Shown: piece after piece, positions 11,600-24,499 of the stretch
How positions within the stretch are numbered: the stretch's first letter is position 1
How the letters are laid out: the number at the start of each line of letters is the position of its first letter
Assembly: GCF_963921235.1 (NCBI RefSeq)
Contig: NC_086097.1
Location: 114,764,001 to 114,828,000, forward strand
DNA from: Mobula hypostoma
Taxonomy: Eukaryota
Reading direction: 5' to 3'
DNA length: 64,000 nt
The notes under the pieces: model-generated
Told to the model about the DNA's origin: nothing
Databases searched by the model: none
Seen by the model: the letters and a program-made list of their open reading frames with translations, nothing else
Position numbers and translations under genes: made by a program

Positions 11600-12072
11600 G
11601 TTACCGCTTGTACTTAATAAAATGGCCACTGAGGGTATGTTCATGATCTTCAGCTGCTGTAGCTGATCCACTTCAAGGTTGGACGTGTTGTGCATTCAGC
11701 AATCCTTTTCTGCACACCACTGTTGTAATGCATTGTTATTTGAGTTACTGTTTCCGTCATGTCAGCTTACCCAGTCTGGCCATTCTCCTCTGACCTCGCT
11801 CATTAACAAGGTGTTTTTTTTTCCCCCTCAGGACTGCTGCTCGCTGGATTTATTTTTCTCTCTCTGCAACCTCTAGAACTGTTGTGCATGAAAGTCCCAG
11901 GAGATCAGCAGTTTCTGAGAAACTCAAACCACCCTGTCTGGCACCAACAATTACTCCATGGTCAAAGTCACTTAGATTACATTTCTTCCTCATTCTAGTG
12001 TTTGATCTGAATAACAACTGAACCTCTTGACTATGTCTGCATGCTTTTGTACAATAAAACGTTGCCACATGA
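11600..12072 (-). mobile_element. Non-autonomous Tc1 element (N-terminal transposase remnant)
   Basis: MRKKCNLSDFDHGVIVGARQGGLSFSETADLLG in ORF 11850-12068; TIR-like AATAAAATGGCCACTGAG. Confidence 0.85.
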
Positions 12073-12084
12073 TTTGCAACAGGA

Positions 12085-12640
12085 TTGATTCTCTGAGACC
12101 TCTGTTAGTCAGGGTCGATGAAGGATGTTACACCCTGGCTATCTAGATATGCAAAGCTGTGACAGTACGATATGGAGAGCAACCTGTTTCCCATGTAGCA
12201 AACTCCCCCACTCCATGCACCTGATGAACTCAAAGGAACGGCGGAGACCGATACAGCTTGGCACCAACAACGTTGCAGGAGTTGCCAGTCAGCATTGAAT
12301 TCAACATAGGACTGCCTTGGGGACTTCAGTTCCAAATTTTTCCTTGGGGTTTACTCCTGAAGCCTATGATTTGAGTGTGTGTAGCCACAAGGCAGTGGAG
12401 GTTTGAGATTAGAGTTTTCCTTCTCCTAGATGAGTTGCTAACTACGGCTGATGAACCCCAACTGCCCAAAGTGAATGGTTTTAAGGTGCCAGTAACCCAC
12501 CTTTGCCTCTTCTCCTTTCAGTAGAAGTGATTCCACTGGGCTTAGTGGTTAAACCACATATGAAGGCCAGGAGCTGCACTTGGTTGTCAGAGACTATTTG
12601 AAGTGCATGCCATTGAGAGCTTATTCCCATTACCACTCGT
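12085..12640 (-). mobile_element. Non-autonomous retroelement sharing its 3' tail with the SINE at 49450
   Basis: ATACAGCTTGGCACCA and CCCATG..GCAA..CTCCCC..CTCCA blocks shared with 49450-49645; interrupts the Tc1 remnant. Confidence 0.6.
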
Positions 12641-13099
12641 AGTCACTGAACACCTGTATATATACAGTATATCGAGAGAGAGATATCAGAAGTTAAGATT
12701 AAAGCAATATAAGGCACAGATTATAGAAATTATATCAGAATAAAATAATGCCTTATATCATACTGGTTATATGGCAATTTATGATCTACTTCTGTACATG
12801 TAACATTATATGTCATACGATTTCTAGCATTTACAGTCTGCTTTACTTTGGGAAACCCCACAGAAAATTGTGCTCTTTCTCATCAGTATTTATCTTTTGG
12901 ATATTGTAGAGCAAGTGAAGCCTGTCTCACATTTTCTAAGATGGTGCTGAGCTATGATCTCTGTTGAGATTGAGGCTCAGACATAATTGTTCTTTAAGCT
13001 TGTAAGGATAGTTTTGGGGACAAAGAGGTGAGTTAGAAGTCAGGTTACAGTTAGGGACAGTGATGCATGGAAGTTAGAGGTCATACCAAAGGTTCAGAG

Positions 13100-13378
13100 G
13101 TTCAAAGGTCGAATTTAATGCCAGAGAAATGTATACAATATACATCCTGAAATACTTTTTCTTCGCAAACATCCACAAAAACAGAGGAGTGACCCCAAGA
13201 ATGAGAGACAGTTAAACGTGAGAACCCCAAAGTCCCCCCCAGCTCCCCCCCCATGCATAAACAGCAGCATGCAATGATCCCCCCTCCCCCCACCAGCAAA
13301 AAAAACCGCATCGGTACCATCACCAAGCCCAAGTGTGTGCTAAGCAATAGCAAAGACACAGACCAAAGTTACCCCAGG
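13100..13378 (-). mobile_element. LINE/SINE 3' tail (L2/Rex1 type)
   Basis: GGTTCAAAGGTCGAATTTAATG..GAAATGTATACAATATACATCCTG antisense tail pattern. Confidence 0.5.
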
Positions 13379-13856
13379 GTTAAGTGTCAGGGATTTGGAG
13401 CAGTTAGAGGTCAGGCATCAGCTCCAGTTCCTTCATTCAAAGTCCAGCCATGTGGGTGGGTGATCCCATCCCATCCTGGATATCGGGCTGTGTTCCAGGA
13501 TCAGATGTCTGTGCAAGCAGGAAGCTCAAGGGGTCACGAGGGCCGGTCAGTTGCCGCACCTGGAGTTCAAACCTGAAGTTCAGGGTCCAGTCTCCAGCTT
13601 GTCTGGGGGTCAGTAACGAAGATTGGACCCCAAATGTCAATCGGAAGTCAGGAAGTCGAAGCCCGATGGCTGAAGTCTGGAGACTGATGGAGTTTTTGGG
13701 AGGAAAGGAAGCCAGGGCTTGTTTTGCTGTTGTTGCTTTTGTTGCTTGTTGTGTCCGGCTCTGCTGAGCATTGTGGCTTGCTCTGCTGGAGCTAGGCTGC
13801 GTGGCAGAACTTGTGGGCTGCCCCCAGCACATCTCTAGGTTATGTTGGTTTTTCAA

Positions 13857-14266
13857 CATCATCATCATTACGTGCTGTGCCATGTGACGTGGGTGACCAT
13901 TGCCTATGATCGTGATTGTTCTTGTCAAGTTCTTCTACAGAAGTAGTTTGCCGTTGCCTTCTTCTGGGCAGTGTCTTTACAAGACGGGTGACCCCCCAGC
14001 CATTATCAATACTCTCCAGAGACTGTCTGCCTGGCATCAGCGGTTGCATAACCTGGACTTCTGATGTGCACCAGCTGCTCATATGACCATCCACCACTGC
14101 TCCCTTGGCTTCATGTGACCTTGATCCGGGGGTGTGAGTGTGTGTGGGCGGGGGGGAGTGGGTACTAAACAGCTGCTACCCCTTGTGCAAAGGAGATCTA
14201 CAGGCTAGCGGAGGGATGGAATGCTCTACCTCTCCTTTGGTAGAGATGTATCTCCACCCTGCCAAC
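13857..14266 (-). mobile_element. Short non-autonomous retroelement, probably RTE-related
   Basis: (CAT)n tail at 13857-13869; GC-rich body unlike flanks. Confidence 0.5.
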
Positions 14267-14670
14267 AATGTTTCAATATACAGGTGATAAATAAATGTAA
14301 ATCTGAATCTGAATGGTGTCACCGACGCTGTGACAGTATTTTAGCTTGGATCATGTTGATTCTTACACCATAGTACCGATTGTAAGTAGATAGAAGAGAA
14401 CACAGTTTAAAACCCACCATGGATGTTACAGTTACTGGAAGTCTGAAATAAGAAAAGAAAATACTTAACAGGTCAGTAGCATCAGTCGAGGAAAAAACAG
14501 AATTTAATGTTATGGGTGCAGGCTGCTAAAAGTGTAAGAAAGGGGCAAGTGATGGAGAGAATAAAGGGGGAGTTTGTCATGGGGTGATGTGCAGAAGATA
14601 TTAATTGATGTATGTCAATACAGCTTGGATTGCTCACTCTGTGTTTTCCTCAACTCACGGACATCAGCCA

Positions 14671-15247
14671 TACGCTCAGAGGCTACGTTATTAGGTACCT
14701 CCTGTAGCAAATAAAGTGGCCACTGAGGGTTTGTTCGTGGTCTTCTGCTCCTGTAGCCAGTCCACCTCAAGGATCACTGTGTTGTGCATTCAGAGATGTT
14801 GTTCTGCACACTGCTGTTGTAATGTGTGGTTATTTGAGTTACTGCCGCCTTCCTGCTAGCTTGAACCAATCTGGCTATTCTCCTCTGATCGTTCTCATTA
14901 GAAAGGCATTTTTGTTTTTGATGCAGAACTGCTGCTCACTGGATACATTTTTGTTTGTTTCACCTCTTTCTGTAAACTCTTGAGACTGCCGTGTGTGAAA
15001 ATCCCAGGGTGTCAGCAGTTTCTGTCAGACTCAAATCACCCTGTCTAGCACCAACAATCATTCCACGGTCAAAGTCACCTAGATCACATTTTTTCATCAT
15101 TCTGATATTTGGTCTGGATGACCGCTGAACCTCTTGACCATGTGTGCAAGTTTTTCTGTGTTGTTGTTGCTACATGACTGGTTGATTTGACGCGTGCGTT
15201 AATGAGCAGGTGCTGAGGAGTACCTGTTGCAGTGGCCACTGAGTATA
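14671..15247 (-). mobile_element. Tc1-derived MITE, TA-flanked, one end formed by a mini-MITE hairpin
   Basis: TA-CGCTCAGAGGCTACGTTATTAGGTAC..ATAAAGTGGCCACTGAG at 14671-14731; other end AGTGGCCACTGAGTATA; internal transposase N-terminus remnant. Confidence 0.85.
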
Positions 15248-15399
15248 TTTCAGCATCTGATTGGTCTCAACACAACTGAGAACAGTTTAGTTCCCAAGGG
15301 AGGAATTCAGCTCCTTCTACCGAAACAAGTGAGCCCAGATATATGAAGCTGCTGAGATTTTGGGTTTTGCCATTATTTACGAAAGCCAGTACTGTGTAT

Positions 15400-15790
15400 C
15401 ATTCCTCAGGTAAGGAGTAAAATTGCACACAGTGCTCCTGGTGCAGCATCGTTAGTACCCCGTACAGTTACTCATCACCTCCCTGTCTTAAATTCAACCC
15501 CTCTCACCATGAGGAGTTACATTCCATTGCCATATTGCACGTGTTGCATCTACAAACCAGCTTTCTGTGATCCATGCACAAGTACTCCCAAGACCTTCTG
15601 CACACAACAATCTTTCGCCATTTAAATAGTAATCTGATCTTCTATTTTTTCATTCCACAGTGGATGACCTCACATTTTCCAAAATCGTTCTCCATCTGTG
15701 AGACCCTTGCCCACTCACTTAATCTATCTATATCTCTCTGCAGACTCTCCGCATCCTCTATACAATTTGATTTTCCACTCAATTTAGTAT
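15400..15790 (-). mobile_element. Decayed CR1 RT fragment
   Basis: TKLSGKSNCIEDAESLQRDIDRLSEWARVSQM in ORF 15642-15929. Confidence 0.8.
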
Positions 15791-15964
15791 TGAGTACAAA
15801 ACTTTCAGGATTTGCAAAGTTCAAGGTATTTGCATGCTTAATCAAAAGCAAGAAATCACCAGAACTCTGTCCAATTGGACATACTACAGTTATGGAAAAG
15901 CAGGATGATTTCAGGTACAATTTGTACACTCAGCAATTATCTTTAACAAGCCACCTTTTACAAT

Positions 15965-16690
15965 AGACACAAACAGCTGGAGGAACTCAGCAGGTCAGGA
16001 AGCATCTATGGAGGGGAATAAACAGTCAACATTTTGGCCGAAAATTTTTCATCAGGTCTGGAAAGGAAGGGGGAGAAACCAAATAAAAAGGTGGGGAGAG
16101 GAGAAGGAATACAAGCTGGCAGTGATAGTTGAAACCAAGGGAGGAAAAAGGTGGCTGAGTGGAGGTGGGGGCAGGGTGCAGTGAGAAGCTGGAAAGTAAT
16201 AGGTAGAAAAGGTAAAGGGCTGAAGAAGAAAGAATCTGATAGGAGAGAAGAGTGGACCATGGGAGAAAAAGAAGGGGGGGGGCACCAAAAGAAAGTGATA
16301 GGCAGAAAAGGAGAAGAAAAGAGGTGAGAGGGTAGCTAGATTAAGGAATGGAAATGAAAAGAAGAGGAAGGGGAGGGTTGTAAAATTACTGGAAGTTAGA
16401 GAAATCAATGTTCATGCCACAAGATTAGACACTACCCAGATAGATAACGAGGTTTTGCTCCTTCAACCTGACAGCAGGCTCATCATTACCATAGATGAGG
16501 CCATGGAAAGACATGATGGAATGGGAATGGGAAGTGAAATTAAACTGTCTGGCCACCGGGGAATCCCGTTTTCTTGTGGCGGATGGAGTGAAGATGCTTG
16601 TCGAAGCAGTCCTCCAATCCACGCTGGGTCTCACCGATGTAGAGGAAGCTACATCAGGAGCACCTGATACAATAGATATCCCCAACAGGC
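15965..16690 (-). mobile_element. Decayed Penelope 3' end (GIY-YIG remnant + pLTR)
   Basis: PVARQFNFTSHSHS..RLKEQNLVIYLGS in ORF 16425-16697; pLTR with decayed hammerhead at ~16024-16058. Confidence 0.8.
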
Positions 16691-16829
16691 TCGACATGAC
16701 ATGCTCCTTTTTGTCAGCTTCTTAGCGGAAATCAATCTTTTCTAGCTAATCAATAGTTGACTTGCAAAGGACACAAAATGAGATGTGAAAGCTGAAGAAA
16801 TTTTGAAAGCAGGTTCAATTTTACTTATT

Positions 16830-17110
16830 TATTTTTTATTTAGAGATATGGCATGGAATAGCATCTTCCACCTCAAGAGGTGCATCCCCCAGCATGCACC
16901 TATTTAACCCTAGTCTAATCACAGGACAATATACAATGACCAATTAACCTAGGAACCAGTTCATCTTTGGACTGTGGTAGGAAACTGGAGCACCCCAGAT
17001 GAAACCCACGTGATTATGGGGAGGATGTATAAACTGCCTACGGTGGACACTGTAATTGAATACTAACACTCAAGCTATAACAGTGTTGTGCTATCTGTGA
17101 TGCTATCATG
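16830..17110 (-). mobile_element. tRNA-derived SINE (V-SINE/HE1-like)
   Basis: TCTTTGGACTGTGG..GGAAACTGGAGCACCC..GAAACCCACG core; related copies near 10550, 18550, 30565, 35080, 36560, 38260, 42290, 52444, 61060. Confidence 0.7.
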
Positions 17111-17149
17111 GTGCCTTTGTCTAGAGCTCTGTGATGTATGGGAAACTAC

Positions 17150-17690
17150 TCCCACTTTATTAAGTACAGGAGTGGAACCTGCTGTGGTCTTCTGCTCCTG
17201 TAGCCCATCCACTTCATGGTTTGACGTGTTGTGCATTCAGAGATGCTTTTCTGCACACCACTGTTGTAACGCGTGGTCATTTGATTTACTGTTGCCTTCC
17301 TGCCAGTATGAACAAATCTGCCCACTCTCCTCTGACCTCTCTCGTGAGCCGAGCATTTTCACCTTCAGAACTGTCGCTCACTAGATGTTTATTGCTTTTT
17401 GCACCATTCTCTGTTGGACCTTCGAGACTGCTGTGTGTGAAAATTCCAGGAGATCAGCAGTTTCCAATATACCCAAACCACCCTGTCTGGCACCGACAAT
17501 CATTCCATTGTCAAAGTTATTTAGATCACATTTCTTCCCCGTTTTGCTGTTTGGTCTGAACAACAACTGAACTTTTGACCATGTCTGCATGTTTTTATGC
17601 ATTGAGTTGTGCCACACAATTGGCTGATTAGGTAACAGCATTAACGAGTAGGTGTGCAGGTGTACCTAATAAAGTGGCTACTGAGCGTGT
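17150..17690 (-). mobile_element. Tc1-derived MITE
   Basis: CACTTTATTAAGTACA .. TGTACCTAATAAAGTGGCTACTGAG ends; GKKCDLNNFDNGMIVGARQGGLG. Confidence 0.85.
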
Positions 17691-20301
17691 GTGCTGATGA
17701 AGTGCAGTGCAGTCTTTTCCTTAATAGATGGTATGGATATTGAACTGTTTCTTGGAAAAGCACAATGAAGTACTTGCTGAAACCTTACATATTTCAGCAA
17801 GAGCTATGTGTTTTCTTCCTATTTAACACTGCAATCTGCAATCACACAGGAGAATATAATGTTAAGTTTGATTGTGAACACAATCCTACGCAGTTTGAAG
17901 GAATGCCACCAGTACTATTTAAAGGTGTCAGCTGCTACTGGATTAGTAATATCACCTGATGATGCAGTCAAGCACATTTTTAGATGTCTATTACACTTGC
18001 CCTGGGATTTTAATGTTCTCCAGTGTAATCTGCATGATGCTGAACCACTTCTCTTTCATTTACGAACCTCTGCTAAGGCAAATTGCATTCAGTCATGGAT
18101 GATATGGTAAGCCTTCCTCTGGGAGTTAACAAAACCTGGGAAAATGAAGATGGCACACAAAGCAGAACAAGCTATTGGAAGGGAAAGGATAAGGTGAGCA
18201 GACATTTTTTCCCCCAAGCAATAGCTTATAGATTATTTTCACCAACAAACTTTATGGACCTATTTTTTTAAAGTTTCAGATTCAGTGGGAACTAACACTT
18301 ATGATCTATTTTACTTCATTAAGGAGGATGTGACTAGAAACCTGTAATTCCTGAAGCCACTACTGCAATCTGAAAGCACCTGTTCTTGTCACAGAGTCAT
18401 ACACCATGGAAGTGCAGTGCTTTGAACTACTAGGTTTATGCTGAGCATCATACTTCTACCAATCACATACTACTCCCCCCCCCTAATCAATTGCCTCCAA
18501 ATTTCACCATTCATCTGTACAACAAAGGCAACTTGTAGTAGCCTATTAACCTATCAAACTGCAGCTCTTTCAGATGAGGGAGGAAACCAGACCATCTAGA
18601 GAAAACCCACACGGGGAGAACATGTAAACAGCATCAGATTCAAATTCAGATTCAGATTTATTTATCTCAGGTACATCGAAACGTACAGTGAAATACGACA
18701 TTTGTGTTAATTGAAGTCAGGGTTGAACCTTGGTTCTTACATAATCATGGATGTGATGTAAAGAAGGATGATTGTGATATTCCCCAGTTTTAAGAAAGTC
18801 CTAAACCATAGTCTGCAATGTAGGATCATTCTTAGCCCAGTAGTGTGTTGCTTGTGGCAGGTCGTTAACTTCTTCTCGCACACAGTACTCTGCATTGGGT
18901 TGAGCTGAAGGACATAGCTTTAGTTTTCTTAATCACAAGCAGTACAAGTGCATTAGACACAATGCATTAGGTAAGATTCTTCTGGTAAAAACGATAATGG
19001 TTTTTTTGAATTTTTCGAAATTATATTGTACTTTTGCATTTTATCTTTCCTATCAGTGCAGGATTGTTAACATATCTTTTATTTGGATGAAATTAAAGTC
19101 CATCTTCTAAATCACATGGATCTTTTAAATGTAATTAAAGAAATGCATTTCTCTGCGTAGGGTGGTGTTCAGGTTGTGAATGATTGGGGTATGAATGATT
19201 GTAGGAACTGATCCACTATCAGTAACAGTGTCTTGCAATCTACATTTGTAACAGCTACTACAATGAAACTAGAGCCTCACAGACTCTACAGAGACGCCAA
19301 TTGGGATCACATGGAGGAACACTTCGGAAGGGCAGATGATTGTACACTTACTGATTCACAACTTGGTGTTATTAGTCAATTGCTAAGCTGTTTCAAAGCA
19401 ATTACCTCTTGCGATTGTTGCACTGATGTACTAACTCGGGCTGATTCCTTCAAGGCATGTCTATTTTTATACCACTGGTCATTGTCGTTGAGGCTGTTAG
19501 GGAGCAGCGATCAGTAGTCAAAGGGTACTTAGCTAATAGTGGCACCATTAATAGAAGCAAAGACCAGCCTCCAAACGCTTCCATTGAATGTATTGATGCT
19601 TTTAAAGTCTGACCAGCAGATCTCCAGCCACAACCAAAGGTTGACTACTCCCAGACAATGCATACAAAATGCTGGAGGAACTCAGCAGGTTAGGAGATGA
19701 ATAAACAGCTGACGTTTCAGGCCAAGACCCTTCATACCCTTCATCAAGGCTGACTAAACCATCCCATGTCATATAGATACACAAATTTTTGCCAGGTGAA
19801 ACATCTTTTCCTATGAAAGTTGCTAAATATTTATTTGATTTTCATGACATGACCTGACATGGGAAAGGAATAGTCACAGCTTTGTTATGGTTTGAGAGTC
19901 ACTTGGAGTCTGGAGCTAGAGGGGAAACATATCTATACTCAGTATAAACACAAACACAGGAAGGTTCAGGTGGAAGAATCTTCTTGAAGATTTACTTCCC
20001 AGACAAAATATGACAGGCAGCCTAACAAATGATTTCCCTGATGCAACTAAGGAGATCATCAAAGAGTTGTTTATTCTCGAAGGTGTTCAGAAAGCAAGGG
20101 AGAGTCAAACGGAACTGTGTTAGCTCACAATAAACTTGCAGAATCCTTCTGCATTTTGGGGGGGGGGGTGGGTGTTGGATCTGTGGTAGGTCCTCTGAAA
20201 GATGAAGAGCCAGCAAGCCTCACTCTTTGCATTCGTATGCTCACACTTCATTGTCCAAAGGTTCACGGAGAGAGAGCTCTGTGAAGCAAGGTGAATATTG
20301 T

Positions 20302-20506
20302 TGTAGGTTTTCACAAATAGAAAGGTGGAGGTGTTTTATATTTAAGAAAAGCTGTAGCAACTCATTTACTGAACAACAAAAACTGTACACAAAGTGTGCT
20401 AAAAACCCTTAACGTAATTATGTCATCACGCCTGGACAGCTCCTTAAGATGAACCGCATTTGTGGTTGTGAATTATGTACATTTCCATCAATTGCGTTAC
20501 CCTACA
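20302..20506 (-). repeat. 3' LTR of Gypsy element
   Basis: Termini TGTAGG..CCTACA (6-bp inverted repeat); polypurine tract GGGGGG on minus strand at 20513-20518. Confidence 0.7.
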
Positions 20507-23500
20507 AAAGCACCCCCCAGAATTCACTAAAACCGGCATTGTGAGCCTGGTCAGAGCTCAGACAAGCCGGCTGGCTCGGGTCCTGTGTTCATTGGCTGGA
20601 GGAACAGCAGGTACCTCTGGCTCGTCCAGAGCTGTGTTGATATGCTGGTGGTCATGTTGTGACGGCAGGGACATGGCAACGGAATCCTCCAAATCTGGTT
20701 TAAAATGATCTACCGGAACACATTAGGGTATACCCCTCTTATCTATGATAAAAGTCTTTTCTCTCTGTTCCAAAATGCAGAATGGGCCATCGTAAGGGAG
20801 CCTAAGGGGATGTTGGAGTGCATTATGACAGACAAAAACAAACAAGGTGGAATGCAAGTCAATAGGAACCCAAGAGTACTGTACACCATGATGGGAGGTT
20901 GGAATAGGTGCAAAGGAATTGAATTTACTGAGGAGGGTGGAATGTTGTTGAGCGGTTAACCACGCAATCGTGGCATCAGAAATAAAATCAACTGCCCCTA
21001 TACCAATTCAGCTCTTTGGAGCTGTTCTGAGCCCCAGCAGGACCCACAGGAGATGATCATGCCAACACTCATCTGTCAGGGAAGCCCTCAGAGCAGCCTT
21101 TTACGGGTGGCGAAACTGCTTGCATAGGCCATTGGACTGCAGGTGATACGCCATGGTGTGATGTAGCCTAATGCTGAGGTTACCATCGCAGCCCAGAGGT
21201 CTGATTTGAATCGGGGACCACTGTCAGAGGAAACATCAGATGGGGCACCAAACTGGTGCTGGTGAAAGCCTAAAGCCACGTCCGCAGCTGCCGTCGATGC
21301 TAGAGGTACGACTTCTGGCCACAATGTCCACCATGGTATGAAGGTGTGTGAAATCGCTGGGGTGGGGGGCAGGGAGAGGACCAACAAGGTCCACATCGAC
21401 TTGGTCAAACCTTCACTCAGGGACCTCAATAGGTGCCAATGGCATCCTGAATATCATGGTTAATTTTTGGCAGCTGGCACTCTACACAGGCACAGTCCAA
21501 TCACACACATCCTTTCTAAGGACCTGCCACACAAACTTTAGTGCAACCAGTTTCTATGAGACCTTCTGTCCTGGACGCAAGATGCCATATATGGAGTCGT
21601 AAGCAGTCTGCCTCCAGTTTGCAGGCACGATGAGGTGAGGGTGACCAGTTGAGACATCACACAGGAGAAAAATCCCAGCTTCCCTGAACTTAATGTCAGC
21701 CAATCACAGGCTGTTGGTTTAGCATGGACCTTTGGGTCCGTAACTTGGTTGGCTGCCTTGCCGGCACAGACAATCCCTATGTGTACGGCCTCAGTGACTG
21801 GCCATGACAGGCAATCAGCCACAGCTGCATTTTTCCCCTTCCTATGTTGTATATCAGTTGTGAACGCCAATATGTAGGCCAGTTGGCGTTGCTGCCAAGC
21901 AGACCAAGGGTCTGATAATTTGGCCACCACATGGATGTAGTCAACAAACACTATGAAATGGCAGCCCCCTAGAAGAAAATGAAAATGTTGGACAGCCAGA
22001 TAGAGACCGTATCACAGTCAAACATGTTCACAGTCAAACGTGCTATGCTATGCTTCCTTTTGAGGGGCATGGAGTTGCTAGGCGACGAAGGCGAATGGCT
22101 GCCACACACTTCCGATCAACTCAGCATAGTCCGATGCTTCAGTGATAATGGTTAGAGGCGTGTTGGGCAGTGGGTGCGCCAGGAGGGTGGCTTTGGAAGG
22201 AACTTGTTTAGTATCATCAGAGGCTCTGGTCATGTCTGCTGGCGAGTCAAGCATGTGATTAGGGGCATTGCCTTTAAGCACACAATACAGAGGAAGCATA
22301 AGTTCAGCAGCTCGTGGAATGAAGTGTTTATAGAAATTCACTATGCCTAAAAACTCCTGTAGTTTATTAGTAAGGCAGGGCAGGGGAAATCCATAATAAC
22401 AGCTACTTTTGATGGGAGGGGTTGCACACCTTCTGTGGAAATGCTTTGGCCAAGAAAGTCAATGGTTAACATCCCAAACTGGCATTTAACAGAGTTGATA
22501 ATCAACCTGTGTTGGCTTAAACACTCAAAAAGCGTGCAGAGATGAGATACATGTTTGGATTTGGATGCACTGGCGACAAGTATGTCATCCAGGTGAACAA
22601 AAGTAAATTAATACAGAGTCCATCAGCCATTGGAAAGTCTGTGCTGCATTCTTTCTACGGCATGCATGGAAATTCAAAGAGGACAAACGGGGTTATCACA
22701 GCCATTTTGGGAGTGCCCTCCGAGCACACAGGTGCCTGTTGGTAGCCCCTAACTAGACTGACTTTGGAAAAAATTGAATTTCCAGATGAACATGCCAAGA
22801 AGTCTTGGATGTGTGAGACCGGGTAACAATCGGGGGTGGGGGCCTTGTTAAGGCGTTGGTAACCGCCACAGGGGCAGCAACCACCAATGGACTTAGGGAC
22901 CATATGGAGGGGTGAAGCCCAGGGGATATTCCACTGGTGTACAATGCCAAGTCTTTCCATATTGGCAAACAACCTTTGTGGTTGCCAGCTTTTCTGGGAC
23001 CCAATCTATGTGCTCGGGCATGGACTGGGAGTGCAGTTGTGGAAATGTGGTGCTTGACCCCTTGTTTTTTAACTGTAGTGGAGAATGTGGGCTTGGTGAG
23101 GTTTGGGAATTTGCCCAGCAGTCGAGTAAACTCACATGTGGTGGTGCCTGCACCTGACAGAGTTGTTGTGAGGAACTTACTGGAGCAGGGTTACAACCTA
23201 AAGTCCTTGACATCTATAAGCTGGCAGTTCTTAAGATCAACTAATAGTCCTTGGGCACACAAGAAATCTACACCAAGCAGAAGTTTAGCTACTTCAGCCA
23301 GGATGAATGCCCATGTGTAATGTCACTCACTGAAGTAGAATTTCACCCCTCGTGTCCCATTGCTCTGGATCTTGCTGCCATTGGCGGCCTCCAGTGAGGT
23401 TTTGTCACTCTTTGCCTTCTCATCAATAGGAGATGCTGGTGGCACACTCACTTGAGCGCCTGTGGCACACAGGAAGCATTGCCTTGAAAGGGTGTCCGTA

Positions 23501-24215
23501 ATGAACAGTTGATGACCCTGGTAGCTGGAACCATGGGGTTCCCAGACCTCTGATGTCCCAAAGCACTGGCTCTGTCAAAGCTACCAGGTTGTCAGCACTT
23601 CCTAGATTTCATACCAAAGCAAGCGTGGTAAAAACACAGTCCCAGTGTCTTCTGTTTCATAGCTTCAAGTATCCTTACGTTGGAGTTCTTGCTAACTACA
23701 CTTATCAAGGAAGATAATGCACCGCTGCCTAGTTGACTGTAGACCATCAGCCATTTTAGCAAGCTCCCTATAGTTTGTTGTGGGTTCATTAGTGAGGACT
23801 ATGTGAACTTGATCAGGCATTTGTTGCTTGAGGAGTTCTTTAAAAATAAAACAAGGATGGTGATTTCCCAGGAGAGACAGCATGTGGTCCATTAACTCTG
23901 ACTGATTAGCATCGCTGAGGACGGGCAAGGAGAACAACTGTTTGATGCACTCAGATTCCGGTAGTCCAAAAGTCTGTAAAAGGTGAGTTTTCAGCAATCA
24001 GTATTTGTAGTCTTCAGGCAGATGTTCTAGATGCACCAGTCTTGCAGCTCTGGAGTTATTGAGTGACGCTGCAACATAGAAAGATTCGGTGTTGTTGGTA
24101 GAGATTTCTCACTGTATGTACTGGGCCTTGGCTTGTACAAACCAAGCAATGGCATTTGCTCCCAAAACTCCAGCAGTTTCAAAGTGGCCGTGTTGGCTGA
24201 TATGCTCCATAACTC
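20302..24215 (-). mobile_element. Decayed Gypsy/Ty3 LTR retrotransposon (gag-PR-RT-RH-IN); 5' LTR not found
   Basis: gag AIAWFVQAKAQ and SELMDHMLSLL; RT PWASPLHMVPK, AVITPFVLFEF, LDD near 22590; RNase H IITEASDYA, QQRQLAYI; integrase SDSGPRFKSDLW. Confidence 0.92.
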
Positions 24216-24499
24216 TGGAATCAGTTTTCTTTTTACAGCAGGGAATGGGATACGTTAGGATGTTACCGAAGGTTGCAAGGGACACATGCACACCAACTTA
24301 GGGGCAATTCCTTTATTAACTTCAACGTATCATTGGTTGTTAGCGTGCAGTTTCTATTAACTTTTAACACTTGTATTGTGAGTGGTGAGTGAACTTGCAA
24401 ATAGGGAATTTGAACGCACATTATCAATATCTGTAACTGTTAGTCAATTCTGTATAATTTCTCTGTTCAAGCTGCAGTAAAGTGTGGTGACAGGTGCCA

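Noticed and set aside
12500..12600. HDV-like ribozyme in the head of the 12085 element
   Set aside because: Partial P2/P3-like pairing only; I could not build P1 and P1.1.
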